Below are positions 27,325-40,748 of a DNA stretch of 64,000 nt, in pieces (position 1 is the first letter of the stretch; each line of letters opens with the position of its first letter). The DNA comes from Octopus sinensis (taxonomy: Eukaryota): contig NC_043007.1 of NCBI RefSeq assembly GCF_006345805.1, forward strand, positions 67,022,001-67,086,000, given 5' to 3'. Below the pieces are notes generated by a model. That model did not search any database. It was not told the origin of the DNA and saw only the letters and a program-made list of their open reading frames with translations. The translations under genes and the position numbers were made by a program.

Positions 27325-30300
27325 TGTTCATATCATAAGAAGGTAGACTTATAACTATTCCATTTTCCCCCCCACCATAATATAAGCCATCTAGTATGCC
27401 CTTTTTCTGAAATATACTTCTTTCAAGACAAAGGTAGGATATGATTTGATGGAAATTTCAGTGCAATTTATCTAGGTTGATTGGTTACACAGGAGCTCCT
27501 TTGTTTGATCATTTAATGTTCTGTATGTGAGAGTATCCTTTTATTCTTTTACTTGTTTGTCATTAGACTGTGGCCATGCTAGGGCTCACCTTGAAGCATT
27601 TTTTAATCTAATGAATTGAGCCCAATATTTTTATAAAGCCTAGTACTTATTCTATCATTCTCTTTTGCTGAACCACTAAGTTATGGGGACATAAACAAAC
27701 CAATACAGGTTCTTAAGTGGTGGGGTGGGGGACAAAGACACACACATAGATATACATATATATATATATATACTTCTTTCAGTTTCCATCTACCAAATCA
27801 ACTCAAAAAGCTTTGGTTGGCCTGAGGCTGTAGCAGAAGGCACTTGTCTAATGTTCCATGAAGTGGGATTGAACCCAGAACCAAGTGGTTGGGAACACAG
27901 CCAAACCTGTGCCTATATGATTTGAGAGAGATTTGATACCAACCTGCCTTGACTACTCCTTATTCTGTGATATAAACTTGCTTTCAAGCGACCTAAATTA
28001 AAACTTCCCTGTCAAAATCTGATTAATTTAGGTTTTAAATACCAGTCTAGTAATGACAAAGTTCCTCTCATCTCATTTTCTTTGCCCATTTATTCATGAG
28101 AGCATCATGGGGCCAGAGTCCTCAAGTATGCCTTCCATTAGGTCCTGTCACAAGCAACTATCTCCAATTCATCTAGCTGGATCCCCTAAAACAAGGCCAA
28201 TCAAGCTCATGGATGTTATCCAGCCATTTTGCTAATCATAGTCTACCCATGGGTCTCCTGCTAGTTGGGTTTGTCCATCTTTTGTAACAAAGGCAGTGCA
28301 TTTCAATAGGAACATAGCAACAAAAGGGTTAAATATACAACAACAACAGTTTTCTTTTCTTTCTATGTAAGCAAATTTCCTTTCCAAGTCATATAGATTC
28401 GTAGTTTCCATGGCATAAATATTCCCCACCTGGATGGGATGCTAGTCTGTCACAGAATTACTCATTTTTGCCAACTGAGTAGACTCGAGCAACATGAAAT
28501 GAAGTGTTTTGTTCAAGAACACAACGCATCGCCCAGTCCTGGAACCAAGTTTTTCAAACCAAGAATTTCAAAGATCATAAATGTTACAATATATGCTATC
28601 TTAAACTTACTGTTTTATTCAATGTCAAAAATAGAATACAAATATGTTACCCTTCTATACTATAATATACACACTGAATTTATTTACATGCAATTTTCAC
28701 TGCACATTTCTTAAATTAATATTTATTTAACTGTTATAGAAACTGATGAATATTTGTACTTTGTACTATTTATGCATTCACAAAGAGTCCTGGAATGACA
28801 AGATTGTAAAGCAACAAACAAAAAGGCTTATAGTTAGTTACAACCTGTCACAAGAAAATGTCCCAATGGGGTCAAATTTGCCTTTCATCCTATTATGGTC
28901 AATAGATGTACCAGTAATATACTGCAGTCAATCTAATCCACCGTGCACATCATCATCATTTAATGTCCATCTCCCATGCTGATATTGGTTGGATGGTTTG
29001 ATGTGATTTGATGGGCCTAAGGACTGCATTGTACTCTTGTGCCTACTTTGGCATGGTTTCTACAGCTTTTCCTAATGCCAACCACAATACAATGTATACT
29101 GGGTATATCTGACTAAAGAAAACCTGCCTCAATAAACCTCAATCCAACCCATATAAGCATGGAAAAACAGACATAAAAATTATGATGACGATATATATAT
29201 CACTATTGGCTATTTTTTTTACCTTATTGGTTATTTAAAACTCAACCCATTTAAGTTGAAGGTGTTTCATAGATTCATTGTGTTTCTGGACAAAACATCT
29301 TATTCTTATCATTCTTAGGTGATCTCAGTTATGGAGAATAGATTTCCTGGACATCCCATAGGAATATTAACTGCAACGGGATCATAGTTTTGCATTCATT
29401 TCTCATATGAACAGACCTTTAATTAAGCTGGAGCTAAACAAGTTTAATGATCACCTTTAGCATGTTGTCAACACTTATTTCATTTATTTCAATCCTTTAC
29501 ATTCCAAGTTCAAACCTAGGCTGGAGGGACCTATCTAACGCTTTCACTCGGTTGAGGTCAAGAAAAAAAAAGATCAGACCTGTGCTCCTTTTTTCAACTT
29601 GAGCACTTACAAATAGTCTTTTTTTTTCCCCCTTAAGTGAGGTGTAGCAGATGTAGTTAAGCATATACAATTTTGATGAGAGTCATTGTAACAAAGTTAG
29701 CAGTGGTGGTAGAAGTAAGAAAAATGATGATAATAAAGGAAGTGGACAACAACAAAAGGTGGTAGGGTTGACTATTGCACTGGAAGAGAAAGTCTGTGAT
29801 TGCAGAAAATAACAGCAGAGACTGTGGTGACAGTGAGGATAACTGCCAGTGACAGCAAAGGTGACCTCAGGTTTTGACAGCAAAGACAGCAGCAACAGCA
29901 GGATGTGGCAGCGAAGAAAACAGCAGCAGGGTGTGACAGCAAAGGCAATGATGAATGTGACAGCTCAGGCAACAGCAGGTGTGACATTAATGATAGTGAA
30001 AGTAGAAGTGGTCACAGAGGAGGTTGTGGTGATGCTTTGCAGCAACAAAGACAGCAACACAGATGACAACAGTAATAACTGGTGACTGAAATTTAACTAA
30101 TTTAACAGGTAAACACCAAAAAATAATTACTGAGAAATAAACACCGAGACATGACCTGACCAGTAGAAATTGTTCAGTAATATAATCAACAGTCAAACAA
30201 AATGAGACATTAGACAATTAGGATGTATTGTGTGTGTACATGTGTGTGTGTTGTGTGAGGGATTGTTTGGGGAGGCATATGTTGTGTGTATGTAGAGTAT

Positions 30301-30995
30301 ATGTGGTGGTGGGGAGGTGTATGTTGCATGTGTGTTGCAGGGATATGGGGGGGGTATATTATAGAGGTGTGTGTGTGTGTGTGTGCATTGTGGGCATGTA
30401 TGGGTATGTAACTATGTTGTACATGTGTGTAAACTGCACATGTGGATTGTGTGTACATGTGTATAAGCACATGTAGAGTGTGTGTAGAAACTGTATTATG
30501 TAGATTGTGTAAGCCTATGGTGAGTGTGTGTGTAATTTGTGTATATGAGTAGACTGTGTTGTGAGTGGTGTGTGTTTGAGAGAGTGTTCTGTATTTATGT
30601 GTGTGGATTGTGTGTAGCATGTATATGTTTGTGCAAATGTGGATTGGGGCTGTGTATGTGTGTGAGTACGTGTATGTATGCAAAGTCTGTAGTACATGTG
30701 AATGAATCATCCCACCCCAAATGAGGACATGTTGAGGGAGAGGGCAAACACACACGCACATTGACACACACATACACACACAAAGATGTAAACAAACAAG
30801 AGGGAGAGTGAAAGGACAAGAAGACAATTAAGAAATTAAATTATTAATTACAAATAAAGAATGATTAATTCTGCAAAAAGCCGTTTTATTTAACAATCAA
30901 CACACAAGGTCCTGGAATGAATCAAATGACTTTATACATGTTTGTGTATGTGTGTATAATTAATCAGATGCCACAAATATGTATATGCATGTATG

Positions 30996-31042
<47 letters not shown>

Positions 31043-31746
31043 TCTAGTAAATTCATTGTGGGTAATTAAATTGCAGTAAATATACTACCTGGAATTCCAT
31101 AAGATAATTACATTGTAAGCCAATACACTGTTAGTGCTTTAGTGAATTCATCATCCCATTTTTATTCTGAGTAAAAACATCATTTTACATTATTATTTAT
31201 CTGCGAATTAAATATTCTTTATTCCAATACCAGATTCAGACATTGCAATGTAAGCCACGTGAGACTACTGCCTTGAATGGTTGAATCAAATAAACTGACC
31301 CCAGCACACCCAGAACTCATTAAGTTTAGTACTTACTCAAGCAGTCTCTTTCTTGTTGAACCATCTACTCTCAGAGACACAAACAAACCAACACCAGTTG
31401 ACAAGCAGTAGAGGAACAAACAGAAAGATACATGCCAATACATACATATATACAGATACACACATACATAATGGGCTTCTGCAGGGTTTCTGTTTCCCAT
31501 ATTTACTCACATCCTACAAGTGATACAGTGTGACTGAACCAGAAATATCATGTAATTGTGAAGCAAACTTCTTAACCACATAGCTATGACTAAACATAAC
31601 TTTACTAATGTAAGTTTTTAATCACAGATTAAAGACACTGCACTTCATTAACATTGAAATAGAAATTCAAAGACAAAAGGAAAGCCCTGTTAGATTAACT
31701 TAATAAATACATGAAAAAAAAAAAACCCAAAGCTGCTTTCAAAAAT

Positions 31747-31782
<36 letters not shown>

Positions 31783-32654
31783 AGTAACAATTATAAATTC
31801 TAAAAAGGAAAAAAAGATTCAAAATAGACCAATGCTTCTTAAATTAATTCATTATTTCGGGAGTTGATTTCCAATCAGTTGTTCAGTATTTGCTATTCTG
31901 TATTTCATTTTGACAATGAGCTAATTTCTGCATTGATGACATGATGGACTCTCCTGTTGAAGGCAACATATAAGAGTTCAGCTTTTTGCCGAATGACCTG
32001 CACAAATGATTTGTTTATAGCAATGAAAATGTTCATGCTACACATTAGCTCACTCTTTCCATCAAATCGACATTGTCTGAACAGATACACTGTGTACCAC
32101 ACGTCAGTGTCAAAGTGATCACAGAGCAATGTGAAATGAAGTCGTTTGCTCAAGAACATAACACACAACACAGTCTAGGAATTGAAATCACAATCTAGCA
32201 ATCACGAGTCCAACACCCCTAACCACCAGGTCATGCACTCTCATTGATGACATAACTATGATTATTAGTTCATGTCTTGAGTGTTCTCTTCAAAGAATTC
32301 TAAAACTTTCCAAATGTTTTAGGTTGGAATTTTTTTTTAATATCTGATTTTCTTTTTTAATATTAATAAAATGGGACAAATTGACATTATACATATACAT
32401 TTCAAAACGAAAAAACGAATTAATGTTTATCTAAACATTAATTCTACAGATAAACAAAAATTAGGCATGATCAGAAGTGTGCTTTGCACCCACAGGGTTC
32501 TAGATTCAGTCCAGCTGTATACCACCTTGGGCAACTGTCTTCTACTACAATCCTGGGTCAACCAAAGTCTTGTGAGTAGATTTGGTAGATATAAACCCTA
32601 AGTGGTGCATTGTGTGTGTGTATGTGCATATATATATACATATATATATATATA

Positions 32655-32730
32655 CAGGGTGTCCATAAATTATCTTTACAACTTCCAAACTTTTATCTAA
32701 ATATTGTAAAGGGACTTTATGGACACCCTG
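32655..32730. mobile_element. 76-bp Tc1/mariner-type MITE
   Basis: 27-bp TIRs CAGGGTGTCCATAAA(TTAT/GTCC)CTTTACAA (24/27), a 22-nt spacer, and TA on both sides. Confidence 0.9.
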
Positions 32731-33435
32731 TATGTATGTATGTATGTATATCGCCATGTGGCCAACCAGGCTATCAGATGTTACACACCACTGATCACAC
32801 TGCGCTTTCATGCACTCTTTTTCTTATTGTAACCCGCTGGCTAGGCAAGCAGGCCAACATTCCTCCATGATCAAAAGGAGACATGAGCAACATGAAATGA
32901 AGTATTTTGCTGAAGAACACAACATGCTGCTCAGTTTAGGAATCAAACCAACAATGTAGTAATTGCGAGTGCAACAGCCTAAGCACTAACCCATGCGCCT
33001 TCACATATGTAATTATATGTATATGCTCCCCCTCTGTACGTTATGTGTGTGCGCGCGCGCGCGTGTCTGTCTGTCCTCCACCAGTGCTTCACAACTAGTG
33101 TTGGTTTATTTACATCCTATGACTTGATGATTCAGCAAAAAGAGACGAGTAGAATAAGTACCAGGCTTATAAACAAAAAACAAGCACTAGAGGCAATGCA
33201 TTCAACTACACCCTTCAAGGTGGTGCCTCAGCATGGCCACAGTAAAAGATAAAAAAATAAAAGTATTGGTAGTTACCTTACAATGAAATTACTAAGCTGT
33301 GAAATTCCAATCATATTTACTGCAATGCATATTAATTCCAGTTGCCATATCTACTGCAATGTAATTCCATTCGGTGTATTTACTGCGATGTATTTCCGCA
33401 ATGAATTTACAAAAGACCATATGACACACACACAC

Positions 33436-33477
<42 letters not shown>

Positions 33478-33648
33478 GGATCAGAAAGAATATTGATATT
33501 GCAATGAAATATTTAAAAAAACACAAAATTTATATCGACCTTTATCATAGATAAAAGTATAATGGAAACACGAATATAAGGAGATAAAGATCAAAACTGA
33601 AGGGTAAAAAGAAAAAATGAAAACAAGAGAGACACAACAAAAATAGTT

Positions 33649-33705
<57 letters not shown>

Positions 33706-34478
33706 GCAATACAGAAAACAGAGAGCCATATGGAGTTTTAATTTTAATTTTTTTTTGATTATTCATCTTTTCTTCCTTTTTTATTATTATTCAATCAAAA
33801 CTAAAAAAAAAAAAGAAAATAATTAAAACAAAGATAAAACTTCCACAAACTACACAAACTGTTATTGTCATCATCGAATGTGATGATGACAACCTCTTAG
33901 CAAGGTTCAGGATCATTGAAAGAAAAATGTCTTTTCTTTGGATGTTCATTTTTTTTTTTTTATTTTATTTCCAACTTTTTTTTTTAAATAGATATTATCA
34001 ATATAATGATAATTATTATTATTATTATTAATCATTTGGCCTTGTTTTTTATTGTGTTTTGTTTTTAAATTTCAAATTCGTTTTTTTTTTAAATATATTT
34101 CTTTTGTCTTTTTCCATTTTTTTTTCATTATTTTTTTTAAATTCTTATCCCCACCAGTCTTATTCCCAATATTTGGTTCTCTTCAAATATTTAATTCGCT
34201 ACTACTGTCTCCTCCACCACCATCCCACAAAATTAAAAAACAAAAAAAAAAATCATTTTATCATCATCGTAATCATGTAGGAGGCGCATATTGTAGTATG
34301 TGTACATGTGTGTATAGTGCTAATTTATTTTGTTTTAATGTCAAATGAAGTCCACGACTGCCCCCCCCCACCAACCCAACATGAGTAAGAGACCTCAACA
34401 GGCGCACACCCATGTAACAAAAGCCCCTCTCTCTCTCTATCTTACGTCTTCGATTAAACCTGCCCCTGCCCCACTCAC

Positions 34479-35100
34479 CACCTTGGCCTAAGTTAAGTGA
34501 AAATCGGAACGGTTCCCTAGCCCCACATTAGTGTTTAGTGCCCTCAGAAATGGACAGGAAGAGGGAAATGGAAGAGGGCTGGAAAGGCACGAATGTCAGA
34601 ACTTCCCATTTTCTCCCTCCCCCTAAAATTCGCATTCCCAAATAAGAAAACATAATAGCCATTAACACAAGTAGTAGTAGTAGTAGTAGTAACAACATTT
34701 GTTCTTTGGAATGAAAGAGTTGCTTATGAGTCTCCTCTCCCCACCCCAACAAAGTAGCTTTGTCTTTTTTGGTTTCTTTTTTATTTGACTTTTGTTTTAT
34801 TTTGTTTTTTGCTCTTTTTTTTTCTTTCTTTGTTTTCACATAGCATGGCCCTTGAAACCACAAGACAGTAATAAATATATATATATATTTAAGTATTTAC
34901 AGGGGGTGGGAATACACACGCACAAAGAAATAAGAGATTAAAAGAATTTTGTTAGGTTTGTTTTTTGGTTTTTTTTAGGAAAAAATAGAAAGAAAAAGAG
35001 TAAAATAAAATATAATAACAAAAAAAAATAAATCTTGAAAAAATTTCCATCATTTTCCATTTCTTTGTTTCTGTAGATGAGAGATGTGTAGAGGGGAAGG
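34479..35100 (-). other. Candidate non-coding (5' UTR / alternative first) exon ending at a strong donor; 5' boundary unknown
   Basis: CAAGGTG|gtgagt followed by G-runs (ggggcaggggcagg). Repeat-free UTR-like sequence with stops in all frames. Confidence 0.33.
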
Positions 35101-37903
35101 AATAATATATGCATTTGTGCATGTAGCTGGATGGTGTGTAAGAGATGTGTGGTTTGTATGCATATCTCTCAAGATGTGCTTGTGTACATGTGTATTCATG
35201 TGGGCCTGATAGAACAGCAGTAGCCAATAAGAACAGAGGCAATACATGTGCAAAAATGCATTGTTTGCTAAAGATACCAAAGATTGAATACTATAGTTAA
35301 CTACAACTGTTGCAGCATGCCATTCCAACACCACTGGACCGGTCAAAACCAAACTGAAATGGAGCAACCGAGTTTTGAAATTTGCCACAAACGGGCTTCA
35401 AATTAATAATGGTTTTTAATTAGCCTAATCAGTGAAGTGTCCCCAGAGATGTGAATAAAACTGCATTACACTTTTTTGCTATATTCATCTGTCAATGTGC
35501 CCCTGTTTACAGCTGCTTGATAAATATCAAAGTTTGTGGAAAACCCTCACCTAGTAGGTTTGATCGATGGTGATAACTCAGTCAAGAGTTGTGGTTTTCA
35601 ATGAGATGGTGTAGTAATTGTAGTAATTGTGAGAACAAGAGATAACTTAAGGAGGATACAAAGAAAATTTCACCTTAAAAAATTCTGTAAAAGTTGTGGT
35701 TAAAACAAAATTTAAGAATAAAATAAATCTATGAAAAGTTGAAGCCAGAATTTACAAACTGAAGCAGAAAATATTGGTCTGCATGTAAATGGCATTCTAG
35801 TAAATATTATAGAGAAATCAAATTTTTGCACATCAGAGGTCTTTGATGCTTTCAATAACTTTCTATGTGGTATCTCAAATTAGGTTGAGAACCACTAACC
35901 TTAAAAGACAAGGTGCTGGAAATCTGTAACCATAGTATGCTCACAATTCCTTAGCCCTGGAACATGAAGAAGATCAAATAAAAAGGCAGATAAGAGACAG
36001 TGCACATATTCTCAGGTGTGTTATCAATGGTATGGTACAAAGTTTCCATTGCTTCAAGTTCTTTGGCATCCATATAACAGACAAGCTCTCATGATCCTGG
36101 TGAAGACTAAGCAGTGTGTGTACTCCCTGAAGACATCAAAGGATCCACAGTTTCAAGGTATTTGGCATCCATTTACTACTTATCGTGATCTCAGTGAAGG
36201 CCCAGCAATACTTGTACTTCCTGAAGTACATCAAAGAAAACTAATGTTTCATCTCTTGGCTGCTTCTGAACTTCCAACAGTGAAAATTTTGATTAACCAA
36301 TCTATGGCTACAGTGTTACACAATTAGAAAAAACTGCTCTGTAATGACTAGAAGACTCCACAGTAGATACTGAGAGCTATACAGAACAATTATTAACCGT
36401 TTTGATCCTTTCCATAGAAGTAATTAACCAAAGCTGATTTTTTAACTAACATGGTAATCCAAGTGACTAATTAATGTTTCATTTTTAACTAGCTAATATC
36501 TGAATAGTGATAATACTGATACATCAAAACACAAAAATTGGATAGAGAAATAAGTGTTTTTTGTTTTGTTTCTTTTTTTCTTTGATTAAATACTGAGGTA
36601 TTAAATATGCTATGTACCCACCCAAACGTACTACTTTCCATACTACATGAACCTGTTTATGAACCATATTGTTCCTGCAGTATTACAAAGAAGAGATGAA
36701 TTTCCTTCTGGATAATAAAGCTGGATTTGTTGCTGGTGAATTGTCCCCCACCACCACAAGAAATGACCAAACTTAATGCTCTCCTGCTAGTCCTTACAAC
36801 CATAGAATCTACACTCACACACATGCTCACTTGCACATGCAGAGATGTTTCATATTTATGAACTTAAAACTGTGTACTCCTACTAGTCATTAGCTGATAC
36901 TTACTGCCTTAACTATGTGACATAATATTGTTCTTACTGTTCTTATCAACTTGCAACAAAATAGGAACATAATGGATTGGACCATTGCTTCTGTGTAAGA
37001 GATAGGGATATGCGTCGAAAGAGGTGGGTGCATGCATGAGCAACTGAGATCATGCATGTAAGTGAATGAAGGAAAGTGACGCAGGGTGGTGGCACAGATG
37101 GCAATAAGCAGATTTTTTCTTTACTATCGCAGCTTTGTAAATGTGCCATTAGCTGAATGTAAATGTGATGTGTTCAACAGTAAAGGTGAATATGGAATGA
37201 AGTGGTTTGTGAACAAAATAGGTAATATTAGGAGTAATAAAATAATAACGATAATAATAATAATAATAATGATGATAATAATAATAATGATGATAATAAT
37301 AATAAACAAATATTAAACAAAAGTAAAAGCTTATACATATATATGTGTATGTGTATTTACAAATACATATACCCATACATAAAATGGAACACTAGGAAAT
37401 AAAATAAAAGAGACATGCTAAAGACACTATAAAAACAATTAAAGGAGATAGTTTTGATTGATCAAAAGGTAACTTTTTCTTTTTTTTTCAATAAATTTAT
37501 TGATATATATACATATGTGTATGCATGCTTGTATGCATGTATGTATGTGTATATATTATATACACACACATACATACACAATTATATTAATGAATGTACA
37601 TATACATACATATATATATATATATATCTACACATATATATGTACATATATATATATATATACACATGTATATATATTATACACACGCATAGATACATAA
37701 CTATATGCATATATGAATATTCACACATGAATACACACATCATTTACACACACGCACACACATACATACATAGATACATACATACATACGTACATGCTCA
37801 CACACAGGTATACCTGTCTGTGTAAGTTATGCATGAAGTGAGCTTTAAAAAAAGATTAAATTGTCTAATCCTTTATGCCAAAGGGCAGATTGGGCCTTCC
37901 TAC

Positions 37904-38032
37904 CTCTGGACTGGCGAGCAGACACCTGGGAAGGTGAAAAAGAAGCTGAAGACAACTTGGCTGAAGAGTTAGAAGAGCTGATGGCTGGTGTATCTGCTGC
38001 GTTAGCGGTTGTTGCAGATGTAGGTTGGTCAA
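37904..38032 (-). CDS. Internal coding exon of an unidentified host gene (129 nt, phase 1-1), Ser/Ala/Thr-rich: xDQPTSATTANAADTPAISSSNSSAKLSSASFSPSQVSARQSR
   Basis: Acceptor tctttctctataattgcag|TT, donor CCAGAG|gtagga. Length is a multiple of 3, the frame is open, and GC is higher than the flanking TA/CA microsatellites. The antisense frame is also open but has weaker splice sites. Confidence 0.68.
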
Positions 38033-38365
38033 CTGCAATTATAGAGAAAGATATATATACATAAACATACATATATACATAATATTCACACGCATACTCA
38101 AGCTTATATATATATATATATATGGATAGATAGATAGACAAAGAAATAGATATGGAAAACACTTTCAAAAAGAAAAAATAGAAAAATGACAGAGAAAACA
38201 ACCACCACAGCATGATTTGTGTAGTAGTAGTAGTAGTAGTAGTAGCAGCAGCAGCAGCAGTAGCAGCAGCAGCAATTGCATTCAAGTAGAGTGGTTGATG
38301 GCAAAACAAAACACTAGACAAAGTATTTATTAGTTATTTGTTATTTATTCTATCTCTTTAAATTC

Positions 38366-38620
38366 TGGATCCAACACGTCCTCAGACATCGAGAAAGCGA
38401 TTGTACAGTGACACTAAAGTGGCAACTTGAGGGGAAAGAGCAGCAGGGCACCCTAAAAACCACATGGCAAAGGAACACTGACAAGGAAAGGAGATGAGGG
38501 TGGAGGAGTAGGAATTGAAACCAGAACAGTGGCAGAAAACAGAATTGGGTGGAGAGATCGTCTTGTGACCTAATGGCACAGAGGTCTTGTGACCTCATGG
38601 CACAGAGAGAACTAACTAAC
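38366..38620 (+). mobile_element. RTE-clade LINE 3' end with a (TAAC)n tail and an internal 24-bp tandem duplication (38560-38607)
   Basis: WIQHVLRHRESDCTVTLKWQLEGKEQQGTLKTTWQRNTDKER, then AENRIGWRD. Confidence 0.72.
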
Positions 38621-38880
38621 CTTTGACTTAATCCCTTTGCTCCATATGAACCATATGCTATCAACGACTTTTGTCTACTGTTCTCAACAGTCTGGGCTGA
38701 CTATTTTGCTTCTTTCAGTTGGATCCCTAATTCTTCAGCTCAGCCTCAATATTCCACCCCCAGTTATTTTTTAGAGCATTCTCTCTTCAACTTCCTTTAT
38801 AGGTTCCAGGTCAGTGCCAGACATGTAATGTAGGATGTTGGTTTCCTTAAGATGTAATCTATTCATCACCACTTGCACTT
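38621..38880 (-). mobile_element. Second RTE-clade LINE 3' end, tail-to-tail with the first; adjacent 38880-39500 is GC-richer and unassigned
   Basis: ILRKPTSYITCLALTWN...KNNWGWNIEAELK...VVDSIWFIWSKGIK across stops and frameshifts. Confidence 0.7.
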
Positions 38881-40512
38881 CTGTTGCTGTCCTTTCAGAT
38901 TTTGCTGCACTGTGTCTGATTTCCCTGAGGAAGCTTCCTCTCCCAGGTCTCGTCGGTTTTGAATTGTCTTCGATGCTTCTGTAACTTTTCCCATTTCTAG
39001 ATACAGGCACTGGCCTTAAACAAGCTCATTTTTACTTTTGGGAAGACATGCTCCCTATTAACCAGGCCTCTATTTTTTTACCTGCTCAGCATTGGCGATC
39101 CTACCAGAAGCTTGCACTCCACTGGCATAGCTGTCAGGATCAATGAGGCACGCAATACACCTCACTGCAACAAGAAGCGGGTCATGTGGTGGCGTAAATT
39201 GAGGCAGTCCAATATTGTGTCATTCAAGAAATTAACTGCACCGACACTGGCAAGAAGCTGTTTCGGCATTTACCCTGTCCTTCTATTCCTTAGACAACAT
39301 CAATGTTGTAGAGAAGAGAGAACCACCAGATGGGCAACTTCTAACCTCCTCTTGTTCCACTTTGTCCAGGCCGGCAACCTGACAAAGACACCCCAGTGTC
39401 ACCTTACTATGCTCTACCAACACAAACTGCAGCAAGACTTTCCAGGTGTAGGTCCATTAACTCAAAAGTCATACAAACACCGAAGAACACTCAACTACAA
39501 ACTGCAGGAGAGAAAAAAAGAACCATTCTTGACAACAGCAATGCTATGAAAGCTTTATAATGCATCCATCTTAATGCATCCTTCCTGTTTAGAAGAAATA
39601 GAGGCAACACACCCCATCTATCATATTGCATATAGAGCATAATCAGTCAATATGTTGCACAGATGCACACTGTGCAATATAGTCCCACATCTAAATCACA
39701 CTGTGGAACAGCATTACCTATTTCATTAGATGAATCAGTATGTCTGCTCAAGAGAAATCCAACTCCTACATATTATTCAAGTTTGTAACAAAACAGTAGA
39801 GCGAGATGAAGTGATGGAGAAGTGATGGAGAAGTGAGTGAATTAGCTCCAGTTATTTTGCACAACAAATTAATTTGTAAAATGCAAAGGATATATACAAA
39901 GTATTTGTCAGCTGAACATTATGCCCTAAAGTAGAAAAGTATAACACTTTTTGGGGGGTTTCATTTTGAGGAAGGAATTGTGCCAATGGCCTTAGTAGGA
40001 CCAGTGAGATCCAAATGGTTACTGTTGTTCCTTAACAGCCACAAGTTGATAACTGCATGACAAACATATGCAAGGAGGCAATTCCAGGAGGGTTAATATT
40101 CTAGGGAAGGGGCTCAATAACTTGGGAGAAAGATGAATGAGGTGAGTAGCCTTTTAATTTCGTGTAGGCTTGTAGGTCAGCACCATCATGAATATTTATT
40201 AATAAACAGAAATAATCATGGACTATGTCAGAGTCCTAAACTGGCTTCCAACTCTTCCTTCTTCCACAAGTCACAATAAATTAGACACCATCAACAAAAT
40301 TGTCTCTTAGGAGGACACAGAGACGTGAACATACATCATCATCATCATCATGGTTATATTACCATCACAAATATTTTTTTTAAAAAATAACTAAGCATGC
40401 AACAGAGTGTAATTAACTGCAGCAGTCAATTCCTGCAACTACAAGTCCTACAGCTAAAAAAAAGTACAAGAACAACAAACCCCCAACCCCAGCATGATTA
40501 CAATGGATACCT

Positions 40513-40748
40513 ATTTCTTTACTACCCACAAGGGGCTAAACACAGAGGAGAAAACAAGGACAGACAAACGGATTAAGTCGATTATATCGACCCCAGTGCA
40601 TAACTGGTACTTATTTAATCAACCCCCGAAAGGATGAAAGGCTAAGTCGACCTCGGCAGAATTTGAACTCAGAACGTAGCGGCGGATGAAATACCACAAA
40701 GCATTTCGCCCGGTGTGCTAATGTTTCTGCCAGCTCGCTGCCTAATTA
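40513..40748 (-). mobile_element. Young tRNA-derived SINE family B with a 20-bp TSD; another copy at 42652-42872(-)
   Basis: TSD CATGATTACAATGGATACCT at 40493-40512 and 40749-40768. CpGs are retained, with a gagttcaaattc B-box and a gcctttcatcctttcgggg..ttgattaaataagtaccag body. Confidence 0.93.

Noticed and set aside
29700-30090. GC-richer block with several ORFs
   Set aside because: Cryptic ACAGC/GTGAC simplicity with stops in every spliced frame.
30210-30827. 205-aa T/H-rich ORF
   Set aside because: Degenerate TG/CA tract.
33865-33892. 11-bp hairpin TTGTCATCATC-gaatgt-GATGATGACAA
   Set aside because: Built from CAT/GAT trinucleotides, too short for a pre-miRNA, and probably chance.
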